Shown: piece by piece, positions 1-13,529 of the stretch
Layout: the number at the start of each line of letters is the position of its first letter
Position numbering within the stretch: position 1 is the first letter of the stretch
From: the human T2T-CHM13v2.0 reference genome, Homo sapiens
Assembly (NCBI RefSeq): GCF_009914755.1
Contig: NC_060926.1
DNA: 64,000 nt
Direction: 5' to 3' (one strand)
The notes under the pieces: model-generated
Told to the model about the DNA's origin: nothing
The model's database searches: none
Seen by the model: the letters and a program-made list of their open reading frames with translations, nothing else
Translations under genes and position numbers: made by a program

Positions 1-150
1 TTGTAAGCATCTTGAGGCCTCATCAGAAGCAGATGCTGGCACCATGCTTCTTGTACAGCCTGCAGAACCATGAGCCAAATAAACCTCTTTTCTTTATAAA
101 TTACCAAGTCTCAGGTATTCCTTTATAGCAACACAAAATGGACTAACACA
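1..150 (+). mobile_element. MaLR LTR 3' portion (MST family, MSTB-like), cut by window edge
   Basis: Matches MST LTR end: ...ccatgcttcttgtacagcctgcagaac...aataaacctcttttctttataaattac...ggactaacaca. Confidence 0.85.
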
Positions 151-2556
151 AATACTAAGGGAAACAACTCATACCTTTGGTGTCTCTTGCTGTAACCTGC
201 CATGCTCCTCTGACTTTGGGACAAGTAAATGAGTAGGGGAGAATAGGGAGGAGGAAGAGCTTTATCATCTGATAATCAACAGTTATTCCATTCTCCTCCC
301 CTCCTTGATGAGGATTTTCAAGCACAGAGGTCATCTGAGCTGATGCATCTGTGTTAGCACTCTTGTCTCTTGGTTACTCCTAGTGTTGAATTGGTTTCTG
401 GTTTATTAGCTGGAGTTTTGCCTCCTTCCCTTCCTCTCATGTCCCCTTTCCTTTCCATCTATCTCCCTCCTTAGATTTACCAGCCCTCAACACAGTCCCT
501 GATACTCAGCAGAGAATGAATGTATTCATGAGTGAATACATGAATGCATATGCCTGTCCTCCTTGCTGTGGGACTCTCAGGGGACTGTGCTCCAGTGAGT
601 CACTGCCCTCGAGTGCGGGGCTCATCATCACCAGCAGGAGCTCAGCCCCCAGTGGGAGTTTCCTTAGCTGAGGTCCCTGTTAACTGATCCTCTTTCTGCC
701 CTGGCTAATATTCTCTGCCACAGTCTGTCACAGTGGCCAGCCTGTCAAGCCCTGCCAGGTGGAGACCCTTGGTCCTGCTGAGAGATGTCAAAATGACCAT
801 TTTGACATTTCCTACTACAGGGACGCAGGAGCCTGTAGTAGGAAAAATGCCTAAAGTGTTCTGTGGGAAGACATTCCCAGCTTGAGTACAATCTCTGTCC
901 TGTGATGGAGGCCATGGAGTCCCTGGGTCATGCCCCTTGCTTCTGGGGCTAAATGTTCTTGAAAGGGAATCTTTTAGAAGCAGGGGCTTAGCTGAGCTGA
1001 GGAAGGTGACTGGGCTTATAAAACAGAGCTGGATTTGGAAGAGATTTAGAGCTTCCCTCACCCTGAGTCCTTCATCCGTGTCTTTCCTACAATACAGGTA
1101 GGCCAGTGGAGACCAAACTCCAGGTCTCATTTATCTTTTTTCTCTCTAGATGCCCTGGCAAAGACCAGGCTACAACCCAAGGATACATTTGAATTGAGAT
1201 AGCATTTGGCAGCAAATCTTTAATAAATGATGGCATTGATATTATATCTCTGTTAGAGTAATTTACTCCTTACAGTAATTTTGACTCAGTTTGTTCTACA
1301 CAGAGTGTTATTTTAATCATCTTTTCAGTTATTATTAATGAGGTCTCTTGGAGAAAAAATTAGAAGATTTATTTAAAGATTTCCCCCGTGAATTTAAAAC
1401 AAGAATAGGGATGTGAATACAGACTAAAACAAATCAAGGGCTACCATAGATATATTCAAAGACTATTGTTTGCTACCATAGATGTATTAAAAGACTACTG
1501 TTTGATAAATTGGCAACATAATGGTAGCACTGATGGCAAGGTTCAGGCACACTCTTTCTTATTCAACTTGTCCTGAGATTACCCCTTCCTCTCTCCTGGC
1601 TCCTGCCTCTTCCCTCATCACTGCCGTTGTGCCTTTGCTCATGCTCTTTCTTTGTTCTGTTGTGCTGGACCCATCTAAAGCTCTCTAGTCCAAAGGATCC
1701 TTTTGATTCTCACCTTTCCCAACTTTCTTTAAAACTGATGTCTCCATCTTCAATGGCCAGGGCAATATTGTCTGTAAACATGCCCATAATGTTAAGAGGG
1801 GTTTCTATTAGTTTCCCAACAAACTAATAGTTACTCTGAGAAGGGCATGGAGTTTTATGAACAAAGATCTTTGGGGAATGCTGAGCTAAAGGTAAAAAGG
1901 TGTTTTTTTTTTTTTTTTTGCAGCATTTACCAGAGCCTTTAATATACTGTTGTGCTTTGTTGTGAACCTCCCAATAGGAAGACAGAGTATGCAGCTTTTT
2001 CCAAAGCCCCTTGGTTTACCTCCAGTAATGGGGATACTTAATGTAAGATTTGTGGAATAATATGGAAAACATAAGTCTTTCTAAAAATTATATAGTTACA
2101 CTGCTGGAGGTTATGGAGATTGAGATATCGTTTAAGATCTGGAAGGCTCCAGAGCATGAGGTTTCAAGTTGTTTATATCCAGAGTTTAGGGACTCTGGTA
2201 TCCTCTTAGAAACAGAACTCACATACTCACTGGGATATACTCCTGTGCCACTACCATGTTTCATTCTCTATCTCCAATTCAACTCAATTTTCATGAGAAA
2301 GTTAATGTATCTGAATCAGCTAATAACTTCTCCCTCCGGTTGGACATAGTCTTGTGCCAGGCCGTGACAAAGAGCACTAAAAAAATGTGAGTGTGCTCCC
2401 GTTTGGTCTTTAGTACAATCAGTGGCCCCTTCTGCACAAAGTCAGCTTTAGCACCACTTCCGCAAAAAGGGGCTGTCTTCCAGGCAGCTTTAGTTAAGGG
2501 AAAGACTGGGAGAGGCCATCTCACAAGTGAACTAGGATAGTTCACTCCTTGAGAAC

Positions 2557-2557
<1 letters not shown>

Positions 2558-2597
<40 letters not shown>
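2558..2597. repeat. (CA)n microsatellite, ~20 units
   Basis: Read directly. Confidence 0.98.
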
Positions 2598-2598
<1 letters not shown>

Positions 2599-3715
2599 AC
2601 TTTTTTCCCTTTATATTTATTTCCAAAGAGACCACAGCTAATATGACCTAACTATCAAGCCTACAACTGCAAAGGCACTGTCATCCCCAGGTGGGAAGCA
2701 GCACAAAGTCATGGCAAATAGTGTATGTCAAGTTTCAGTTGTCATGAAGCCTCAGGTGATCAAGTCCACAGTCTCCCAGTGATTTGCTTAAAGCAAAGGA
2801 TCTCTCAGCCCAGGAGGGGTCTGTGAATTACAGTCGTAGTGTTGAAATGCATCTTGTGTCTTTCAGATAGTGAATGCATTGATTGCTTTGCATCTGGATT
2901 AATGGATATCTAGATAGTACTTGCAAGTGTGTAGCAAATTGTTATGATAAAACACACCTTTTCAGTCAAGGCAAAAAAATCTCTTTTTAGGTTTGAAGAA
3001 AGGAAAGATTAATTGTATTGTAGCTTCTCTTGTAGATGAGTGCTTCACTTTGGAGCTTGCCAACAGGCGTTCAGATGGGTCAAATGCATCTTTGCTTCTT
3101 TACTTCCATGTGGCGTCGGCTGACTCTCTAGGAAACATACTGCCAGAGATGCGCACCATGGGCTGTCTTTTTCAAGACAGTCAACCAACCCAGCCTTCAG
3201 GCTTTGTAAAAGCAAATTTTCTAGTAGTCTTAGTTTTAGAGCAGTTGGAGAATGTGATCATATATGTGAGTTTTAATTCATCGAGGAGCTTCAAGCTCTG
3301 TTGTGGGAGAAACTATCTTATGTATCATAAATTGCATGTCCCTGGCTTCTAAGCATGATATTCAGTGGGAATGATGGGTGAATTTGTACTAAGTGCTGAT
3401 AAATAGAGTGGGATGAGGAAAGCTGAGCAGGGCAGCAGAAGTTAGCACTCCAGGCCAGGGGATCCAAGACATTTTGACCATTGCCTATGCGGTCTGGCTG
3501 GTGTCAGTGTCCAGAGGGTCTGATTTATGGATGCAGATGTGGGAAAATACAACTTTGAAGTTTTATTATGCAGTGGTGATTCTGATTGATTCTCTGTGTT
3601 AAGTTTAAGTATGCTTCTGGTGGAAGCCATATAGCATGGCTGAAAGTGAACACATTTGGGAACCAGACAGACCTGGAATGGTACTTGGATCTTACTACTT
3701 GCTAGATATTTACCC

Positions 3716-4121
3716 TGTATTAGTCAGTCCTCGCATTGCTCTAAAGAGATACCTATGACTGGGTAGTTTATAAAGAAAAGAGGTTTAATTGGCTCACGGT
3801 TCCAAAGGTTGTAAAGGAAGTATGATGCTGACATCTTCTCAGCTTCTGGGAAGGCCTCAGGGAAACTTTCAATCATGGCAGAAGGCAAAAAGGAAGCAGG
3901 CACGTCTTACATGGCCAGAGCAAGAGCAGGTGGGTAGAGGTGCCACACACTTTTAAACAACCAGATCTCATGAGAACTCACTATTGCCTTGATAGCACCA
4001 AGGGATATGGTGCTAAAACATAAGAAACTGCCTCATGATCTAATCAACTTCCACCAGGCCATACCTGGTGATCATGATTTGACATGAGATTTGGGTGGGG
4101 ACATAGATCCAAACCATATCA
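3716..4121 (-). mobile_element. Solo MaLR LTR (MSTA-like) inserted in a MIR relic
   Basis: tgtattagtc...ataaagaaaagaggtttaattggctcacggttc...atttgggtggggacatagatccaaaccatatca; MIR-like sequence on both sides (~3630-3715, ~4122-4205). Confidence 0.88.
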
Positions 4122-5774
4122 GGCCCTTAGATTTATTTTTGCAAAAATCTCTATGATGCTCAATATTCTCATCTGCAAAAAGAATATAATAATACCAACT
4201 TCACATTTTTTCTTGTTTACATTGCAGGATGCTGTTTATGCAAAGGTTTAGAAAAATATTGGAAACTTCACTGGCTTTCAGTAAACTTTTCTCTTTTTTC
4301 TAATCAGCGTGTAGGGGGTTTTGCCTTTTAGTTTACAAAACCAGTGGACTTATGTTGGTACACACATCTCCTCCCACTCCTCCCTCTCCACCTCATTCCT
4401 TGTCCCCTTTTATTAAACAAAGAAAAATAACGGGAAGACAGTTGTGGCAAGAAGCTCAAATCTTGCTTGACATGTTGCATTTTTTTTTGAGTTCTTATAA
4501 TTCAGTTATTGTTAGGATTATCCTGCTTATTTTAGGAGTATATCCTCCTCACCACCATTCCCTGACTTTAAATTGCCTCATCCAAGGCATGGATATACTC
4601 AAAACTCAACTTGGAAGTTTTACTTATACATGACCTAAGAAGACATTCTATGAGAAGACATCTTCCCTAAGAAAATAAAAATCATTTCTGTTGATTCTCT
4701 TAGCACAGCTGAAGCAGCTGGAATTTTTAAGTACTACTAAATGTTAGAGGACAACAAATAGGAAATAAAAACAAGGATAAAGAAAGTTGGTTTACATACT
4801 TCAGATTTCTGATCCTGCCACAAGTAGTTTGCACTCAAGGTTTTCAGGCCTTGTTCTTTGATTCTTCCTGATAATCAACACAATGCTGTGTGCGTGTGTG
4901 GGCAGGGTGTGGGGAGGACAGAAGGATGGGGAATAGTGTGTGTGTGTGGTGGAGGGATTGGCACAACTTTACAGGCTGTGAGCTCCTCATTCTCGCATCT
5001 TAGTTTCTCTTCATTTGGAGATGACAACTAACATAGGCCACCAACATATATCACAGCCACTTTTTCACTTTGTTTGTAGTCCCCGGAGGGTTCAGACTTC
5101 CAGTTTAACAGGCAATAGCTTACATTCCCAACTAGTTAAAGCCAAGAGTGATTTAGCCTGTAGGTGAGCTCCTTCCTTTTTCACACAGGGAAAGGTCTTC
5201 CTTTTGCAAGCTCTAATGATAATGGTCATAGCATCTGTATAATTACAATATTCACACACAGCAACTAATGTCTTTCCCAAGATCTCTCAAGTGGCTGGCA
5301 AAGGATGATATAGAGGAGTCCAACTTTGGAGTGCAGTCAAAGGAGAGGCTGGAGGGATTAGGCCAGAAGGTCAGAGTTTCCCTGTGGGAAAGCTGGGGTT
5401 AAAGGAGAACTGGACTTACAGCTCCAGAGACAGGACACCCCCTGGGAGTGTTGGTTTCATACAGGTGTGTCATACAGGAGCTAAAAAATCATCATCTCCA
5501 AGTTAGAGACCAGGTGCTTGGGGGCCAGGTGCATGCCTGGGCCTTACTTGATGGTGGGGTAGGGATCTGTATAGGATCAGTAAGTCTGGACTTTGTGGAC
5601 ACAGGCCTTGGCAGTGCTGACCTTGAACTTTCAAGGGGCAGAGGTTGTTAATGGCAGCTGGGGAGACAGGGCTGGGGTAATAACTGGACCTCTCTCTTTT
5701 GGTATTGCTCTTAGCTCTCTGGGATTCTTTCTAGAAAAGGTTCTAATCTTTTCTCTACTTTCCCAGCTCTTCCT

Positions 5775-5940
5775 TAGGCCTAGATGCATAACATTCCCTT
5801 GAGTGCCTGTTAAAATTGCAGTTTCCTGGGACCCATTCTAGTGATTCTCATTCTTTAGGTCTGAGCAAGTGCCAAATAGTCTGAAATTTTAACAGCCACG
5901 ACCAGCTGACTTTGAAACAAGAGTCTTTGAACCCCACTTG
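5775..5940. mobile_element. MER5-type hAT-Charlie DNA transposon relic
   Basis: cctgttaaaattgcagtttcctggga...tgattc...aggtctg...ttttaaca resembles the MER5 core. Confidence 0.55.
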
Positions 5941-7364
5941 ACAAAGGTTATCTTAGAGAGCTACAAAATCTAGACCTGGATTTTATTTGCCTTTATTTGA
6001 AGGAGTATTAAAATAATCTGTTCTTAAGAATGTCCACATGCCATTTATAACTGTTGGCCAAACACGAACTTGCAGTTGACTTTCTGACTATATCATGGGC
6101 ATTAGTCAGGAGTTAAAACTGGTGTAAGGAAAAGCTATCATTTTAATTCACCAGATACATACGTGTATAGTTCATGGCACTACACTTATCTGTGTGCACA
6201 CACAGAGTTCATTTATGTTGAGTCTGAGTAGCAGAGATTGTCACTCAGGAATTAAAGCCCATTTCTATAAATTGATAGTGGCTGCTGCTGCTCCTGACTG
6301 TGGATTGAAATGAACAATCAGAAATGTTAATGTTTCTCTGTTTGTGTCATTATTGCTGCAGTGTGATGTTTCCCAGCCCCCTCAGCTCCAAACTCTAAAT
6401 GCCGTTGCAATGTTTTCATTTAATGAGGATATACATAGCAAATGTTTCCAAGGTATTAAGATATACAGGGCTTCAAAGTTTAATCATTGCTTCTTTCAGG
6501 GGTGGAGCAGAAGAAATGTTTAAGGAGACTAGGTTGACTCTCTTCAGGTATGCGATGGGCAGCCTCTGGCTTCCTTCCTTGTGACACTTGCTGAGGATGC
6601 TTCTGGAAAGTCCGGGCTTTTCTGGAAGGGCTTGGTGCTGCTACAGCCTGAGATGATGGTGCTGCTGGCTGATTGTGCTGATCCTAGGTTAGCCTTGGGA
6701 TTTAATTTTATATTATTATTTTTTTCAGATCTCTCTTTACGTCATTACGTTTAGAGATAATTTGTTATGTGGTTGATGAAGGTCAATTCTACATACGTAT
6801 TTAGTAGTAGTACTGATGTCTGAGATCTTGTTCCTGCCTGTCACTAGTCTGGTGTGTGACTTAAAACAAATCCCTGCGTCCTTAGTTTTCTCAGCTTATG
6901 ACTGGGGATGGTACTTGTCTTATCTTCAAAGTCTTTGGGAGAGTCAAATGAGAGACTTGGTGGGGAACTTCTTGGGGCAACATTAACTTGACCCAAATCC
7001 AAAAAGTACTGTTATTTTAGGCCTGGTTTTAATAGAAAGCCATGGTGAAAAGATGTATCAGTCTTTATGTTGATGCCTAATGACCAGAACCCAGTTCAAA
7101 ATAAATATCATTTTTATAAAGTTAAAAAATTCAAACCAGCAGCATTTGGAATCTCCTCTCTTCCTGATAATGATCTGTTTCTTGGTTTTCAAAATATGTG
7201 ATTCCCAGGAATCTCTTATCTGAAGAACTCAATGTATGCCTGAGTCCATTTACCTGTACATCAATACAGGAAGTAACCAATAGAATCTAAAGAACATTAA
7301 AGAATCATAGCTCTAGAAAGAACAGTGGTTCCAATGGTGACAGCAGAGATTAAGAACTTGCTGT

Positions 7365-8250
7365 GATCTATAAGGAACTTAAACAAATTTATAAGAGCAA
7401 AGCGAAAAACTCCATTAAAAAGTGGGCAAAGGATATGAACAGACACTTTTCAAAAGACATACATGCGGCCAACGAACATATTTTAAAAAGTTCCATATTA
7501 CTGATTATTAAAGAAATGCAAATCAAAACCATGTGAGATATTATCTCACACCAGTCAGAATGGCTATTATTAAAAAGTAAAAAAATAACAGATGCCGGCG
7601 AGGTTGCAGAGACAAGGGAACAATTATACACTGTTGGTAGGAGTGTAAATTAGTTCAACCGTTGTGGAAAGCAGTAGGGCGATTCCTGAAAGAGTTGAAA
7701 GCAGAACTACTGTTTGACCCAGCAATCCCATTACTGGGTGTGTACCCAGAGGAATATAAATCATTCTACCATAAAGACACACACATGCAAATGTTCATTG
7801 CAGACTATTCACAATAGCAGACATGGAATCAACCTAAATGCCCATCAATGACAGACTGGATAAAGACAATGTGGTACATTTACACAAGGAATACTATGCA
7901 GCCATAAAAAAGAATACAATCATATCTTTTGAGGGAATGTGGATGGAGCTAGAGGTTATTATCTATAGCAAACTAATGTAGGAACAGAAAACCAAATACC
8001 ACATGTTTTCATTTACAGGTGGTAGCTAAATGATGAGAACTTATGAACACAAAGAAGGGAACAATAGACATGGGGCCTACTTGAGGGTGGAGGGTGGGAG
8101 GAGAGAGAGGAGCAGGAAAAATAACTATTGAGTACTAGGCTTAATACCTGAGTGATGAAATAATCTGTACAACGAACCCCCATGACACGAGTTTACCTAT
8201 ATAACAAACCTCCACGTGTACCCCCAAACCTAAAATAAAATTTTTTTAGA
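7365..8250 (+). mobile_element. 5'-truncated L1 (L1PA15/16-like): ORF2 end plus 3'UTR
   Basis: L1 ORF2 C-terminal sequence (aaagtgggcaaaggatatgaacagacac), L1PA16-type 3'UTR; TSD aagaacttgctgt (7352-7364) / aataacttgctgt (8251-8263). Confidence 0.92.
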
Positions 8251-8489
8251 AATAACTTGCTGTAGAATGCCAATGTTGTCATTGGTTATTTGAAGTGTCC
8301 AGTATCATGGAATATTTAAAGCAGGAACCATAAAGCTGTTTATCAGCTGGGTCAGTGGTGGCTTCACACACACCCCTTAGGCAATTAAAAACATCTGCAA
8401 TTTAGCGTATAGTAAGTATAAATCAGTAGATTAAATGTCACAACATCTGTCCCATCACTAGGAAATATCTGTCTCAAAAATAGGTGGTT

Positions 8490-8804
8490 GGCTGGGCGTG
8501 GTGGCTCATGCCTATAATCCCAGCACTTTGGAAGGCTGAGGGGGAGGATTGCTTGAGCTCAGGAGTTCGAGACAAGCTGGGCAACAAGGAGAAATCCTGT
8601 CGCTACAAAAAAATAAAAATAAAAAAATAAAAAAAATTACAAAAAATTAGCCGAGCATGGTAGCCAGCACCTATAGTTCTAGCTACTCAGGAGGCTGTGG
8701 TGGGAGGATCACTTGAGCCTGGAAGGTCCAGGCTGCAGTGAGCCAAAATCATGCTACTGCACTCCAGCCTGGGCAACAGAATGAGACCCTGTTTCAAATA
8801 AAAA
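8490..8804 (+). mobile_element. AluJ
   Basis: Dimeric Alu, J-type ggattgcttgagc; expanded middle A-rich linker; TSD aataggtggtt/aataggttgtt. Confidence 0.95.
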
Positions 8805-10104
8805 GGAATAGGTTGTTTAATGTCTTTGTCAATATCTGCAGGGTTGAATTGCATTAACGTTAGGTTCATCCAGGTGGGAATAATTAAAATGCTGTTACTA
8901 GATTAGGAATTGGTGGAGACAAAGGTTTTGGTGCAGAATCTACCACTAACATCCCATGTAAGTTACCATTTCTCTGTTCTAAAAACAGCATGTTGGCAGC
9001 TCAATCTATCTCAAGATTTTTTTAGCTCACTGAATGTGGAATTGCCTAGAAAAGTTTAAAATATGGGACAAATATAAAGTATTACTTTGATTTTTCTAAG
9101 AATTCTAGGCATCTCTGAGTTCATTCTTTAAAACAATTGTCTTTTTGAGATATAACATGCATTTCATAAACAGCATACATCTTAAGTGTACATGAGCTCG
9201 TTAATTTTTAAAATTTTATTTAAAAATTTAAATTCTTTGAAAAATCTTCTCTGCTGTGCCTTATGTGCTTGACCAAGAAGGTGTTATTACAATAGGTTAT
9301 GTGTTAAGATTGGATTCATACAGGCATTAAAGCTGATATAATAATATTACTGGAACAGAAACTAGCTTCATATTAGCTTCATGTGCACATGTCTCTAATC
9401 AGTATTGTATATGTGTATTTAAGTATTTACATTTGTAAGTAAAAGACCAAAATTATAAGTGTGTGTGAGACCGAAATTATGAGTTATGATAAGTTTGTGT
9501 GAGACCAAAATAGGTGTTATGATGAGAGAGACAGATTGTGTGTGTGTGTGCACACATGTGCGTATAGGGTTATTTCAACTACAAGGGGCAAAGACCCAGT
9601 GAATAAGTAAAAGGATAAGCTACATGTTTCTTGACCTCAGCTGGAATGGAAAACATCCCAGGATCTGGGGAGCAGATTCTTCAGCATCATAGGCTGCTGC
9701 CTGGTGTCTTTTTAAGACTTTTCAAGACGTGATATGACTGCTCCTCTATTCATTACTCATAGTTTCTTCTCTTTCATAAATATGTGCCTTGCTCATGAAT
9801 TCAACATGCCTTGACTTTACTTTTCCATTAAGGCATCTTTTCAATTTTGGCTTTTACTAATAATGGACCAATCTTTTCCTATGTTTCTCAGTTCAAATTT
9901 CAGAGAGAAAAAATATTTTGTATGGGCTGCTAACCAGCCTACTGTTTGTCTTTGGGTTGAGAATTTCACCTCTGGCCCCATAAACTATGACCAAGGCATG
10001 GGTGGGGAAGTCACTTGTGGGACAAAACATGGCAATCTATGTCTGTCTCTTGAGCAGGGACCATAGGCTGCAAAGTGTCACTAGAATACGTGGAAATTAG
10101 CAGC

Positions 10105-10410
10105 TTTTTTTTTTTTTATTATTGAGACAGGGTGATCTTGCTCTGACACCCAGGCTGGGGTGCAGTGGCGTGAACATGGCTTACTGCAGACTCATCCTCC
10201 TGGGCTCAAATGATCCTCCCTCCTCAGCCTCCCAAGTCGCTGGGACTATCGGTGCATGCCACCATACCCAGCTAATTTTTGTATTTTTTTTGTAGAGACA
10301 GGGTTTTGCCATGTTGCTCAGACTGGTCTTGAACTTCTGGGCTCAAGTGGTCTGTCTACCTTGGCCTCCCAAATTGCTGAGATTATAGGTGTGAGCCATT
10401 GCACCTGGCC
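10105..10410 (-). mobile_element. AluJ
   Basis: Poly-T then reverse Alu (gggctcaaatgatcctccc...gcacctggcc); flanked by cagcttt repeats. Confidence 0.95.
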
Positions 10411-13400
10411 AACAGCTTTAATATTAGTGAAACTGGACTAGGGTACTGGGTACCTTAATGGTCCCAGTAGATAGCAGGACTCTCCGATAAAAGAAGGAAA
10501 GGATAGGAAAAAGAGAGAGTGCTACAATAAAGGGGATTACATTTTTCCCACTCATTCTATAGAAACAGGACTTGTTCAGTTATGAAAAATCATGAACCAA
10601 GATAAGTCAGCTGAACAGGTCACTATGGTGGCCTGGCTCACAGATTTACCATAGGTGCTAGCTGCAGCAGAGAGGAGCTCATATTGTGAGAAATGAGCCC
10701 TGGCAGATGTCGCTGCATAAGGAAAGCCCTGACTCATAAAGCAACATTCAGATGCAAGTGAGATGGATGGCTTCTCCAGGCTCAAGTATCCCACGAATTC
10801 CCATGTCTCTGTGTAGTTTATCCTTAGTGTTGAAAATACATGTGTGTCATACTGTATTTTCTAATTAATATAATTCTGTGAAATGAAGTCTTCTCCAGTA
10901 TTTTAAATGTACCCAGGAGAAAAAGGAAAAGAGAGCAAGCTGGAGAGAGGGTATTATCCCTGGCATTATTCCAAGAAACAGAATGCCTGGAAGAATTCAG
11001 AAAGTTAACATGGAGGGAGGTGCCGCCTGGTTATATTTCTAAGAAAGTAATCTAGATTTGACATTGAGTATATGCATAAGATTAGAGGAAATTAACTAGA
11101 GGCGGTAGCAAGACATGCTTTGTATGTTTGCTTAGCCAGAGACAGGTCCCTCATGAGCCTTTTGTCACTGAAATCCCATTTGTGCATCAGGAAGTGGGAG
11201 GCCCCTTCTGTCCTATTATACATCTTTGGGAGACGAGGACAGTGCTGAGCAGTCCCAGCTCCTTGTTTCCAGCCATAGTGCTCAGCCTCTCCACTTCTTC
11301 CATTTTAGTTTGCCTTAGGCCTGCCTTCATTCTTGCTCAAGAGAAACAGGTTAACGCCTTGGTTTACAAATCTGTCTGTGCCAGAAGCAGCTCTGGATGC
11401 CACATGGCTGCACCAGGTCTCCCTCCCTGGCAGCATGTGTCTGGAGGATTACCTGTCTGGAAGCCTTACAGTTGCCTAGAGCTCTGGAAGATTCTCTTTT
11501 CTGGAGCATCAAGGAGGTTAGGAGACAGAGAAGAAAGAAGTGGTTAAAAACACTTTACCTATTGTCAAAAGGATATACCACTTGCAGATGTGAGTGATTT
11601 TCAACACATAAGGCCATCTGGGGGTGCTGCATTTACAAGAGATGCACGTTCCTTTCTTGAGCCTGTCTGCTGAAAGTCCATGGTAGGTCTGGGGGCTCAC
11701 AAGCAATCAGACAGCCTTTAAGTGATAGCTCCTCCAAACCAGTAGATGTGGATGGCAAAGTCAGTCTGTCATTTTGAAGTCACTGGCCAAGCCTGTGTTT
11801 TTCTCAGCAAACCCCGGGAGCTCACTGGAAAAGCCTTCTACTGCTCTGTCTTCAGGTTGACCTTTGCTAAGGGAGGGTAAGGATGGGCTACTTGGCAAGC
11901 ATTTTCCTTAGTAATTGCAGGAGTGGTTTTTAGAATTCATTAAATGTGAGCTGAGGAGACTGGCTGAGGTTTGCCCTGTGATGTTAAATTATGGGGCGAG
12001 GAGAATTTGGAGATAGGGCAAAGAGAATCTGAAATCAGGAGCATGAAGGGAGCAAGGGCTCTTTCTACCTGTGAACTGCAGTGAGCAATAACCTGTGGTT
12101 AGCGTTACTCCTCAATTTTGAAAAAATTCTATATAATCTATACTGATGTTTTGTCTGCATCCCTGCTTTCTCCTGCTTTGTGCTGCACTTGCTGCCTCTT
12201 TCACAGACCTTGCATGCCCACACAGCCTTTTCTTTTGTCCAATAGTTCAGCGACGAAATCAGTGTAAAATATTTGCAATCTGTCACTTAGTCACTATGTA
12301 ACTGTCTATTTGTTCACAATCACTTTTGAAGGAGTTGAGTGGCTCTTTTACAGAGGCACCCAACTAACGTTTCTAAGATCCTGCTGTCCTCATGTAGCCC
12401 CTTGCTCCAGAAGCTACCATAGCCACCCATGACTAAATCGTAAAATCCACACTCCTCCATCAGTCTCTCAGTGTCTCCCATGATCTACCCATTCCCATGC
12501 CTCTGCAATCCTTTTTCCCACTTCTCCCCAAATAGCACTGTCCATTTCAGTCACACCATCCCCATATCTGTTCCTTTACAGGGGATGAGCTCTCATCCCC
12601 TTTAAAGACCACCTGGTAAAGGCTAATCCGGTCTGAAGTCTGCCTTAAATCTTACTTTTGACAAAGCTCCCATCTTCGTCTTCTCGTATTGTTTCTCCTT
12701 GCCCTGAGTATTCAAAGAGCCAGCTGCTTGAACAGAAAGTTACTGTTTTTAAATTTTAAAAGCTTTGAATATTAAGAAAAATATGTGAATGACTTAAAGC
12801 AAAAGTTTTTGTTGTTGTTGATGATGATGTTTTGTAAAAAACATTAACCACAAAATAGGACAGAATGCATGATGATTACTGGGGAGTTTTTGGAGGTAAG
12901 AATTTTTTTTCTGGGCTGTTGGTGGGGAGTTTTGAGAGAAGTAGGAGAGGAAAACAAAAGAGAGCTACTCTTGGGCCCTGCTCAAACCCTGGGTTGGGAG
13001 GATGGAAAGTAGACACGTCTGGATAGATTTGGGATCTAAGACCAGAGGCGGTACACACCTCACTTCCTGGGGGGCATTTTGGGAGGAGGAGGTTCAGCAG
13101 GGTGCCCTGCCCACAATGTGATGGCTTCTGAAGCATAGAAATGGCAGCACGCAGTTTTAGGCAGAAAGAGGGCCTGCGTTAGACACCCTCCTTCCCTTTC
13201 CACCATGGTCTCATTTGGCTTCTATAAGGCATGGAGAATATCTAATAAGTCTCTCAGATAATAATGATAGGTAAAACCTGTGATAAGGATTCACCTTGGG
13301 ATAAGTCAGAGAGCCCAAAGCAGGTGCTGTAGGGTGGACATTTCAAGTCTGAGAATAAATTAGGGAGAAGTGGCTGGGGCTGAGGGCCAGCAGAGCCAGT

Positions 13401-13529
13401 AAAGGCCAAGGTGTAGGCTGATGAGAGAGGAATCTAAGTCTTTCCTGGGGCAATCCTAGGCTTTCTTATGTTAAGAGAAATGATGACAGGATATTCCTGA
13501 GGAAAGTGAACTTAGACCACTCAGCTATT

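Noticed and set aside
705-1130. 141-aa minus-strand ORF and the other 60-176 aa ORFs in unique-looking DNA (e.g. 37355-37828, 40184-40714, 43888-44331)
   Set aside because: No recognisable protein similarity or exon structure; lengths are expected by chance, and many begin at non-ATG codons
1805-2010. Possible hAT-Charlie MER relic
   Set aside because: Resemblance noticed, but family and boundaries could not be supported without a Dfam search
2526-2546. agtgaacta-gga-tagttcact hairpin
   Set aside because: 9-bp arms can arise by chance in 64 kb
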